From Tubiluchus corallicola (taxonomy: Eukaryota > Animalia > Priapulida), in contig JAQGDQ010000453.1 in the NCBI GenBank assembly GCA_030141605.1, positions 103,835-167,834 on the forward strand: 64,000 nt of DNA, written 5' to 3'. Below, piece after piece: positions 12,798 through 64,000 of this stretch. The notes beneath the pieces were generated by a model. That model ran no database searches, was not told where the DNA came from, and saw nothing but the letters and a program-made list of their open reading frames with translations. A program made the translations under genes and the position numbers. The stretch's first letter is position 1, and each line of letters starts with the position of its first letter.

Positions 12798-13379
12798 CTT
12801 GTATGCTACTGACTACTGTAGTTCACATATTATTGTGTTCCAATTTTCGTCCATTCATCAAATGTTGTAGAAGCACTTGTGATTTTACCTTAATTTACAT
12901 TCTTGCTCTTGTTAGATCCGTTCTACTTGTGTCACTTAGTTCTGCTTTATCAATCAAAATTTGTAAATCTCATGAAACCGCGAGAAAAGTGAGGTAATTC
13001 TTACACCATCTTGCGAGCAGCATTTCGTGAATTCATGAATGAAAACCAGAATAAAAAATCAGACTTTATTTCAACAGTATTTAGGATTTATTTCACTGTT
13101 TATATTCATAACATTATTATTCTAATTGCCTAGGTCAGATTTGCGTCTGCAGTTTATGCACTGACCAAGGACTCCTTGGCACTGACTAAAAAAGCTCATT
13201 TCTTTGCGTAGTATTCAATCTTCAATCGAAAATTCCAATAGCTAAAAAATAGCTAAACTGGAATGATGCGTGACGTCAGGGTTCCACGTGCATCAACGAA
13301 AAATGTCCACTCGATGTCTTAATGTTACAAGGTGCTAGGTGTGGTTTATTAGTCTGCATTTAAAAACGTGTAACTTTTT

Positions 13380-13575
13380 TTACAATCTTCCCATACGAAG
13401 AGGCGGCTCCATGCCTCTAATGGCATCAAGTGTCTCCTATTGGAATGCCTCGATGAAGCTAGCATTTACTACCATTGTTGGAAGCTTGTTCTATATCCTG
13501 ATTGTTCGAGGGTAAAAGGAATATGTGTAGGAAAGAACACTAAAAGGAACTAGGACATATTTGTATTGGCAGTAT
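13380..13575 (-). mobile_element. CR1/L2-clade LINE 3' remnant
   Basis: Minus strand reads YTYSFYPRTIRI*NKLPTMVVNASFIEAF, matching the SF.PRT...WN.LP ORF2 tail. Confidence 0.7.
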
Positions 13576-13639
13576 TGTAGGTGGTTCAGCTAAAAATACG
13601 TTACAAAGTTACAACTTTCAACCTCCAAAAAAGAACAAA

Positions 13640-14266
13640 TTCGGGTAAAAAAGTCACAGGTATAAAGTCACAGGCAAAAAAGTCACAGGTAAAAAAGTCA
13701 CAAGTAAAAAGTCACAGGTAAAAATCCACAGAATTAAAGTCACAGGTCGAAAGTTAAAGGTAAAAAGCCACAGGTAAAAAGTCACAGGTAAAAATGTCAC
13801 AGGTAAAAAGTCGCAGGTAAAAAAATCACAGGTAAAAAGCCACAGGTATATAGTCATAGGTAGAAAGTTACAGGTAAAAAGCCACAGGTAAAAAGTCACA
13901 AGTAAAAAGCCACAGGTAAAAAGCCACAGGTAAAAAGTCACAGGTAGAAAGCTACAGGTAAAAAGCCACAGGTAAAAAGCCACAGGTGAAAAGTCACAGG
14001 TGAAAAGTCACAGGTAAAAAGTCACAGGTAAAAAGTCACAGGTAAAAAGTCACAGGTAAAAAGTCACAGGTAAAAAAGTCACAGGTAAAAAGCCACAGGT
14101 AAAAAAGTCGCAGGTAAAAAGTCACGGGTAACAAAGTCGCAGGTAAGAATGTCGCAGGGAAAAAGCACAGGAAAAAAATAACTATAACTCCAACCCTAGT
14201 CGCTAACCGTCACCCTAGCCAAAATTTTAATCGGGACTTTTTTCCTGTGACTTTATTTCCGGTCAA
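13640..14266. mobile_element. MITE-like element with expanded 14-bp AAAAAGTCACAGGT array and CCCTAA-like core
   Basis: About 35 units, then CCCTA repeats and the inverted TTTCCTGTGACTTT end; shorter relatives at about 39428-39817, 43580-43722 and 60560-60668. Confidence 0.7.
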
Positions 14267-14818
14267 CAAAAAAAAGCAAACGAAAAAAATATGGCTGTTT
14301 GACAAGGTGCCCCTCGGAGAAATAAGCTATCAACGTACGAGAAAACACAAATCACGACATAGTCCTGGAAATTACGCAACATTTACCATAATACGTAAAC
14401 GTAAGATATGTCACAATTAATATAATGCTAAGTTTAGGGTTACGATTCACCACTGCACGATTCCAGTTCAGAGCATTGACCGTGACCGATCTTAACTACA
14501 ACAATCGTGACTCGATCACCTGAAAATATCCGTTGGTACGTCATGAAAAAGTTGTCGTAACAGAAAGTCACGTAAATCTGGCTAAAATCTGAAAGCATTC
14601 ATGCGTGATGAGTTTCGAGTTGAAACTAATACGGTTTACTAGTTTGTGCCTTTTGCCTAATCCTAAAGTACCGGTATTGACGGCTGTACTGCGTGCGTAG
14701 TAGTAGCCATGGCGGCTAACGTATGAGGAATTTTTTGTTGTGTTTTTGAGCTAATGATGAACCGGTTCAAAGAGTGTTTACAAGATTACAGGAGCTATTA
14801 AGAAAGTGTTAAGCAACA

Positions 14819-55896
<41,078 letters not shown>

Positions 55897-56303
55897 CTTG
55901 CTTGGGCTGGAGTTACAGTTTATTAACATGGCAGTTAAAAGTGAAATTTGTCAATTTTTTGTCCCTGTTTTGTTTATAGTCATAATAACTAATGTTTTGG
56001 TGCTGTTATCAGTGTTTAGTGTTACAGTCAATTGCTTGAATGCTCAAGTAGGTATGCTTGAAAAATTTGCATTAAATATTTATTAATTTCTAGTTGCTTA
56101 GTTACAGCCTGTTGCATTGTTTATTTATTAATGTGAAGTGCTTTTGAATACGGTGCCAGTGTTTGTATTATTAAACTAAAAAATGTTACGTTTGGCTTGC
56201 AAAAAGGCGTTCATTGTCTATTTTGTATTATGAAATTGTCTAATGTGTTTAACAATTTTGTGAGTGTATATTTTTCATTTGTTTTGGACTTTTTTCACCA
56301 AAA

Positions 56304-56657
<354 letters not shown>

Positions 56658-56679
56658 AATCGCAATCGCTTGATCTGAC

Positions 56680-56945
56680 AATATGTTATTCTACATCGCA
56701 TGGAGATAGTGCTACTTTTTACCAAAGCACCTTTATTTAATTTGACCAGTGGCCAAGCTTACAGCCCGCCCACTGGCGATTTGCTTGTTTTCACAACTTC
56801 CACAACAGAATAATTAAAATCTGGAATCAACTCCCCGAGTCTGTCATCTGTGCCCCCCCCCCCTCTTGCTCTGTGCTCAGAGTAGCAAACTTTTTTAAAA
56901 AATGTTTAAAAGATGTAAATCATAGTAATCATTTATCATTTTAAC
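56680..56945 (+). mobile_element. CR1-type LINE 3' remnant
   Basis: HNFHNRIIKIWNQLPESVICAP matches the F..R....WN.LP..V ORF2 tail. Confidence 0.65.
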
Positions 56946-57280
56946 AGACATGTAAGTAACCTTGACTCTGTGCCTTTAACCGTAATCTCTTAACTGAACC
57001 CCTTTTATCTGTAAAAAATTAATTGTGCTATACATGCGGTTTAGCTTGTTTCATATTTTAAATTTTTCGTAAATATTTTCTTCTAATATTTTTTAAAATA
57101 ATGATTACCTATATGCATATGAATAACAAGCTTACAGTTGCTGATGTGGATAAAACGTGTTCAAAAGCAGCGTGTGGCGGTCAGTCAAACATCTGTGCTT
57201 AGATCTCTGAATGTATTCTTGTTATGAAGACATCCATTACGCGAAGATATTAATCTTCATAACCTTAATATTAATAAAAC

Positions 57281-57548
57281 CAGGGCCTATTTCAGCCTAA
57301 GGGAGGCCCAGAGAAGTGGGGCGTGTGAGGCCTCCTCGGGGGGAGGGGGGGCAGACCAGGCTTTCTGGTTTGCGCCCAGAAAAATTTTTAACTGCTAGAA
57401 CGCCGGAGAAGCATTTTCGAAGAGAAAATATGGAGTTATACAGTATGTTCGCATAAACCAAAAAAAATAATGTTACCTCGGCGCGAGGCCCCCCTGGAGG
57501 GTGAGGCCCCGGGGGAAGTATCCTCACTCCCCCCCGAAATAGATCCTA
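57281..57548. mobile_element. hAT-type MITE family F
   Basis: CAGGGCCTATTTC...GAAATAGATCCTA; AATAAAAC flanks both sides; inverted copy at 63246-63585. Confidence 0.75.
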
Positions 57549-58369
57549 AATAAAACCTTCAGAAAAAGACAGTAGCAGGGTTCCCTGAGTTTTCCCGGAC
57601 AAAATATTGATTTTCCATGACCAAGATAAGCAGAAATTGCGTTACCATTACCAATATTCAAACATTTTTGTGTTATGGACATTCATATATATATATACTG
57701 ATATATGTGTCGTCCAATCATTATTTTTGGAACAGAAATCGAAACTGGGAACCTGCCATAGCAAAATTTTATTTGAACACGAATCACTGAAAAATATGTT
57801 TAGAAAAATATCGGTTCATTTTTTGCAACCCTTTCCAATTTCCCCGACTTTTCGCCCCATTTTCCCAGACCGTGGCAACCCTGCAGTGGGTTCTTGAACT
57901 TGACAGCAAACAGTGTTCCAACTCGAGTGGAACTCTACGCATTTTTTCTATGAAATTGTGCAAAAATCTTCGAAAAAACATGAGCAAAAAATAGAGGAGT
58001 TACTAATAGATGTACCAAGAGCAATGTAAAAATGTATATATAATTTTCACCAAAGTACACTAGTTTTCTGAGTAAACAAGACTTGAGGTGAGAAATCAAC
58101 AAACAACGTACACACTGCTGTAGTTATTCCACTATAAATCGCGAGGATTATTTTCTCAAAATCACAAAGAATGAAACTCAATTTCAATACTGTGTTTTTA
58201 TTGTAAATTCACACACAGGACAAATTCATAATTCAAATTCAAAAACAACAAAAAACAACGATATATCAAAACTTTTCCAAAATTTCTAGTAGAACATGAA
58301 CACGACTATAACATTGGCTTAAAATTTCAAACTCTTTGAAGAAAATTCAGTCCGTGATATATACTAGAA

Positions 58370-58728
58370 CAGGGGTTCTCAACCGGGGGGGGGGGGGAAT
58401 GAGCCACCTCCAGGGTGGGAACGAATGGGTGGAAAAATAAAAATCGAAAGCACGCAAACCGATTCGATATGAGCAATGATTTGAGAGTGGCTCAGTCACA
58501 ACCCCCGACATCAAGAAAATCGTGTCCTCTCAACAGGAGCAAGAGTCACATTGAATGTGGTGACCACAGATTGTATTATTATTCATGAATAAAAAAAATG
58601 TTGAAATTAGAAAAATAAATTTAATTAAAAAAAATGCATTTTTCATTTTGTTTGTGGGCTGGGAGGGGGGGGGCGAGAATCAGCAGCCTTCAAAAGGGGG
58701 GAATGGGTCAAAATGTTGGGAACCACTG
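58370..58728 (+). mobile_element. Internally deleted hAT-Charlie/Buster-type element
   Basis: TIR CAGGGGTTCTCAAC...GTTGGGAACCACTG; TSD TACTAGAA/TTCTAGAA; residual transposase tail NRFDMSNDLRVA...PDIKKIVSSQQEQESH* (frameshifted). Confidence 0.85.
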
Positions 58729-58773
58729 TTCTAGAAGATTATGGAAAACGTTACAAACTCTCCAGTCTCTCTT

Positions 58774-58919
58774 CTAGCACTCCCCAAGAGCTTCTGTTGT
58801 TAGAGATGCGATTGCTCTTCCTCTTAATCTTCGTGGTTCTTCGCAAATAACCTCAACTCTTTTCCATGCCTCAGCCTTGAGCCACGCTAGCTGACAATCA
58901 CAGATAATCTCCGAACGGC
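58774..58919 (-). CDS. Secreted LRR protein, coding exon 2 (LRRCT cap and stop)
   Basis: TTTTAG acceptor, in phase with exon 1; GRSEIICDCQLAWLKAEAWKRVEVICEEPRRLRGRAIASLTTEALGEC* fits LRRCT (CDC.L.WL...C..P..LRG..I..L....C); AATAAA on minus strand near 58200. Confidence 0.85.
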
Positions 58920-58977
58920 CTAAAATGAGAAACCTGTGTCCAGTTTATTTATAATAGTATTTAATTCCAGTGCAATG

Positions 58978-59115
58978 AGGGCTGGCTCTACCATTAGCTA
59001 AACTAGGCAGTTGCCCAGTGCAGTCAGGGCTGGCTCTACCATTAGCTAAACTAGGCAGTTGCCCAGTGCAGTCAGAACTGGCTCTACCATTAGCTAAACT
59101 AGGCAGCTGCCTAGG
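58978..59115. repeat. 47-bp tandem repeat, 3 copies, in LRR-gene intron
   Basis: GGCTCTACCATTAGCTAAACTAGGCAG repeated. Confidence 0.85.
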
Positions 59116-60750
59116 ACGCCAAATTTTGGAAGTAATTCTTTAACGTTGAAATTCAGCCTAAGTAATACTAATAACATGATGTGTATATATATATACATAT
59201 AATCTTTATTTGCCATTAAAATACATTGATAATCACTGATAAAAACTTTAAAGAGATGATCAATCAGTGTTAGTTAATAAAAACTTACACTGCTAAAGGC
59301 AAATGCGTCAGTGCAATCTAAACTACTGTGCAGTAATGGAAAGTAACGACGAATAAAATCAAACATATTTACAACTATGCACAAAAAATGAAAAACTATG
59401 ATTTATTTAATGCGGCCGTGGATATATGAATTCTGAATTAGTGTGTATGTTGTCGTACTGGTGTGATGGTATTTCATATCTGGTTAATGTCACATATGTG
59501 TCATTATGTGTGTGTAATTCTTTATGTGCGCAACATTAATTAAACAAAACAAACTAGTTGCATTATTTCTTTGTCGAAACGTATGAATCTTGGATGCTAG
59601 CAAGCGTCTTCCAGCAAAAAACCACATTTTAGTTTTGCTTTATCGAGTTCTCTAAGGGTACGCCACTTCACACAGGACACAATCTCGCCATGAATTCAAC
59701 TTCAAACTCAATCAACACAAGCTGTAGATAAGTAACTGACTTCCTTGATTAGTGCACTACACATTACACAGTGTAATACGATGCCGCTATAATTTTATAA
59801 TTTATTATAATATTAAGCAAGAAAAAGTTAATATTGGGAGTGCGGGGGGGGACCGTGGAGGGGGGGAGGTGATCGTTGAGGAGACACTACAAATACTTTT
59901 GCCCAGGGGCGTCAAATCACCTACAGTCGGTCCCGAGTGTGTCAGCTTTGCTTGTATTCGGAACGTGGTTTTCTAAATATAAAATATTTTATTTATTTAC
60001 TTTTTATGTTATTATAGTCAGTTACGTTATCCAGTCATTATAGTACAAGTTTGTGTTATAAGGCACTTAGTTTTCTTTGGTACTGAACACGACAGGATGA
60101 AGGCATAGGGGCACATCGAGTTCGGGGGGGGGGGGTAGATGCGGAGGGGAATTTAAAATAAATTTAGTTGCACTGCAAAAGTGAACCCTAAAGTACGAAA
60201 TGGTGAACTGTCTTAAGTTCTAAAGAACACACTTGTCTGGTCTTTTCATTTGTGCAAATTGCAAACTTGTAACAAAACTGGTTAATAATGACAATGCCAG
60301 GCTAACAAGCCCAGCAACACAAAGATTTTCACTGATTCATAGAGTTAATGCACGCGTCACCACCGTTTTCAATACTTGACCTGTGTGGTTTTATTTGCCA
60401 TGCTGATTCCCCGGCTGCTTACCTCTAGAAGAATTAGTTACTGACATCTGAACGGCGCCTCCGTCGGTTTAGCGTCTCATGTTAGAGGTATCTCGTCTAG
60501 ACAACGAGGCACGTTACACATTTGCTACGACCATCGCAATTCCAGGCCCGGCTGTTCGTTGACCGGTAATAAAGTCACGGAACAAAGACAATTTTGGCAA
60601 GAAAAAAATCACAATTAAGTTTGACTAGCGTTACGGTTACAGTTAGGTTATTTCTTGTGACTTTTTTAGCTTGATTCGTTGAATTCTTGGCTGCAGTCTG
60701 ACGAATTGTATAAAAAAGTACAATTTTATTGATTTATAAACAAAACTTAC

Positions 60751-61369
60751 CACCTACTAATATAGCTATATTCTCGGGGCTGGCATCAGAATGCAGTTGA
60801 GGTCTTTGCAATCTTGTTATTCCATGGTAACTGAGTCTCTTGAAAGCTGGATCTTGTGTCAAAACGAATTTTGGCATGTCTCTTAACCTAGCATGCCAGA
60901 TTGAAAGTTCTTTCAAGCCTTCTACTTTAGAAAACGCTTCTGGATGGATATTGATGCACCCCCGGTTCCTATGGAACATTAATATTTGTGCACCACCTTC
61001 AATGGCGTGTTTCCCCAATGTATGAAAGCTGCCGCCAAGCACGCGAAGTAACGTCACAGTTTTACCCGGAAATAAAAACTTAAACTCGCCACTTTCTGGC
61101 GCAGGGCTCTCGATGTGTAAGTTTGTAATATTCTCTGGAAGTTTCTCACCAATTTCAGTTAGAACCGCTTCATTGAGAGCATCCCTATCATAAGAAATAA
61201 AGAAATATCGTCGCACATTAGGTGCAGGTCTGCATATTATAGAGCAGTTATCTTCCATGAAAAACAGTTCAATATGGAAACATAAATCGACGTCAATCCT
61301 CTCACAATAATCTGCATATCCTGAGTGCAACACATACGCGATAAAGACAACTAAACTGAGTGTTTTCAT
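60751..61369 (-). CDS. Secreted leucine-rich-repeat protein, coding exon 1 (signal peptide, Cys-rich N-cap, degenerate LRRs)
   Basis: MKTLSLVVFIAYVLHSGYA signal peptide; LPENITNLHI, IHPEAFSKVEGLKELSI; G|GTAAG donor at 60750 on minus strand. Confidence 0.82.
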
Positions 61370-61634
61370 TTCGTCACGGTTCAGTGAATTACAGGCGACA
61401 AGTGTACATCAACGTACAGCACACTCAGTTAACAAGTAACACTATGAGCTGTTCACGAAATCAATGGTTATTATAAAATGCTTGGACTTTTGCTGATTAT
61501 AATTGCTGTTGCTCGGAAAACATTGTCCCATTGTTGTTTGTCCGCAAAAAATAGACAATGGGGTGCGCACGGGACAGCTAAGATCCGTTTATACATAGGG
61601 TGGTTTTCTACACGAATTCTGTGAATAAATTCTC

Positions 61635-61784
61635 TTATTATTATTATTGTTGTTATTATTATTATTTTATTATTATTATTATTGTTGTTGTTGTTGTTGT
61701 TGTTATTATTATTATTATTGTTGTTGTTATTGTTATTATTATTATTATTATTATCATCATTATTATTGTTGTTATTATTATTAC

Positions 61785-61820
<36 letters not shown>
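61635..61820. repeat. (ATT/GTT)n microsatellite
   Basis: Direct observation. Confidence 0.93.
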
Positions 61821-62229
61821 AAGTCATTAATTATTTATGTTCGAACACACCTGCACAGTTAAGTTACATAAGTGGTTCAATAAAAGAAATTACTAGACTA
61901 GCAGTAAAAGTAAAAATAGGTATATTAAGTATAATGTGGACCTCAGTTATTATAAGTAATTGCAAAAATGTTTTATAAGCAAGTTTGTGGTACATAAAGA
62001 CATGATGATCATTGACCGTGTCGTATATATACTCTTATATCATGATACAGTGCAGAATTATCGGCTTGCAAATTGAGGCTTTGTATATTGTGCAAAAAGA
62101 TTTATCATCATAATAATCATGCATGAATTTCTGCTGGCTTTTCAGTTGTTATTTTCTCTGTGTTATTTGTGAAGTTGCAAAATGCGTGAGAAAAGATGAA
62201 ATGATATTTGATGCGTGTGCATGTGTGAA

Positions 62230-62735
62230 AGACTTACACAAGAAAACCCTACACTTACATAAAACTTAAAAAATTCGTCTTGAAATTTTACAACAATTAC
62301 GCGCTGTTTTTGGATACAGGATTTGCGTTGACAGTAACGTTGCATAAAGCATGTAAATTTTAACTTCCTCGATGACCGCTAGGCGCAGCCATTTTGACGA
62401 CAAGTCATTTGAAGCAAGCTTAGATAACACTGTACGAAGTTTGAGGAACACACGTCACTAACTAAATAAAATTTAAAATTACTGTATCTTGTAAATAAGA
62501 TTAAAAATATGTTTTTTGGTTAGTGATTGATGCCCCCTGGAGGGTGAGTAAGCGACATTTTACCAATTGGTGAAAACATTTTAAGTAATTATGAATTTTC
62601 TTTTCTAGTTGCACAAGTCTTTCAAGCAGGTAAGCGAAATGCTGAGCAATACAACTTTGCATTGAAAGTTTTTTGGTACATAGTTTAACATTTCACATTC
62701 TACCCTTGATTTGCGTTGTGCGTACATGACGTCAT
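62230..62735 (-). mobile_element. Family B copy
   Basis: Matches 10085-10590. Confidence 0.72.
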
Positions 62736-62874
62736 GTACCCCTATTAGCTACGCCACTGACACACGCCTAATGCGTGAGTGATCAGCTGACAGGTCTTTG
62801 CGATTAGTAAAATGCGAATTGCGCAAGTCATAACTTACAATATTGCCAGATATCACTTACATACGGAGCATGTA

Positions 62875-63150
62875 GTGCGTCACAAACTAATACACCTGAA
62901 GCGACAGGTATAGCACCTGTTTCTTGAGTAATGCGTTTCTGAAATGCAGGCGCTTTTACCCGTCTAACTAGAGAATGACGAAATGCATGTAACAGCGAAG
63001 AAGTAGTGGCGCGAATGCAAAATTGAGTTTCTGTGGATATAATTCGTTCACGTAAGTCATTTTTTAAAGAAATAACAGGTTTCCATTCAATAGTTTAAAG
63101 AGTAAATTGTTTTAACCTTCAGTTTAAAATTGGGTCCTGTTTGGTTTTAA
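62875..63150 (-). mobile_element. Family A, partial copy
   Basis: Matches 22440-22714. Confidence 0.7.
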
Positions 63151-63245
63151 CTAAGCTGCTCCATCCCATAGTTGTGCTACTCTCGCAGGTACGAATTCAC
63201 ATACATAATTATAAAGATAAGCAAAAACATGGTATAATGGGGGCC

Positions 63246-63585
63246 AGGGCCTATTTCAGAGGGGGGAGTGGGGATACTTCCCCGGGACCTCACCCTCCAG
63301 GGGGCCTCGCGCCAAGGCAGCATTTTTTTGCTTTATGCGAACATACTGCCTCCTCTCTCCACCTCTCTCTCTCTCTTGCCGCATGCCATTATTGACAAGT
63401 ATTAAGGACTGGTCTTGAGAAGCAGTTTTTCTTTCAATTGTTCTTTCCTTTAACAACTGTATAACTCCATATTTTCTCTACGAAAATGCTTCTCCGGCGT
63501 TCTAGCAGTTCAAAAATTTTCTGGGTGCCCACCATGGTGGCGACCGCCCCCCCTCCGGGCCTCGCTTAGGCTGAAATAGGCCCCG
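63246..63585. mobile_element. hAT-type MITE family F
   Basis: CAGGGCCTATTTCAG...CTGAAATAGGCCCCG; TSD ATGGGGGC/ATGGGGGT. Confidence 0.8.
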
Positions 63586-64000
63586 ATGGGGGTTAAAAGT
63601 ACTTAAACACGTCACTCTTCAAGCATAATCTGCCACACAGTCTGTTGTACAGGAAGCGCAAAAACAAAATTTGTTTTAACGCATTTTCTTTTTAGAAAAA
63701 TTCAGTCCAAGTAGAAATTTTACAACTAAATGACAAACTGAACGTGTGAACAAACAGATTAAGCTTGCTCTTCATACACAGAAATTAACATTTATACAAA
63801 TAGCGGTTCAACAAGCTTTTGAGATGCAAACACACAAATGACCATCAGCATTATCAGTTAGTTCCTCTGCTGTAAAACGAACTAATAGAACTCTGTTACC
63901 AGATTTCGACGGAGTACACATGGTGCTTATGCTAACCTCTGCTTTCGGGGAAACATCACTGAAACAGTTAAAAAATAATTGATTTAATTACATATCACAA

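Noticed and set aside
12800-13050. Possible coding remnant on minus strand
   Set aside because: Interrupted by stops, with no recognisable motif or convincing splice sites
7400-14700. Head-to-head DUOXA maturation-factor gene, as in vertebrates
   Set aside because: No DuoxA-like exons were recognisable on the minus strand; region is repeats and probable UTR. Small exons could have been missed; a tBLASTn search would settle it
60734-60750. ORF-track C-terminus GKFCL* of the LRR protein
   Set aside because: Lies past a consensus GTAAG donor; splicing adds an in-phase LRRCT exon

Overview
AT-rich, repeat-dense animal (invertebrate) genomic DNA with spliceosomal introns; not prokaryotic, and I cannot name the species. 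Splicing by hand gives three genes. (1) The last two coding exons of a Cbl-family E3 ligase (+, Pro-rich region and UBA domain, stop at 2701-2703). (2) A complete 31-exon dual oxidase (Duox; +, 14819-55896, 4575 nt, about 1524 aa; all introns GT-AG and all phases compatible). Its NADPH-oxidase module is intact, but its peroxidase-like ectodomain is unusual: distal His->Asp, distal Arg->Tyr, proximal His->Tyr, plus two His-rich loops. (3) A convergent two-exon secreted LRR protein ending in an LRRCT cap (-, 61369-58774, 254 aa). Introns and intergenic DNA hold TTAA/Kolobok-like and hAT MITEs, SINE and LINE remnants, minisatellites (several built from duplicated splice junctions) and very long microsatellites. 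Almost all long ORFs in the supplied track are repeat artefacts. Family assignments come from remembered motifs; no database search was run.
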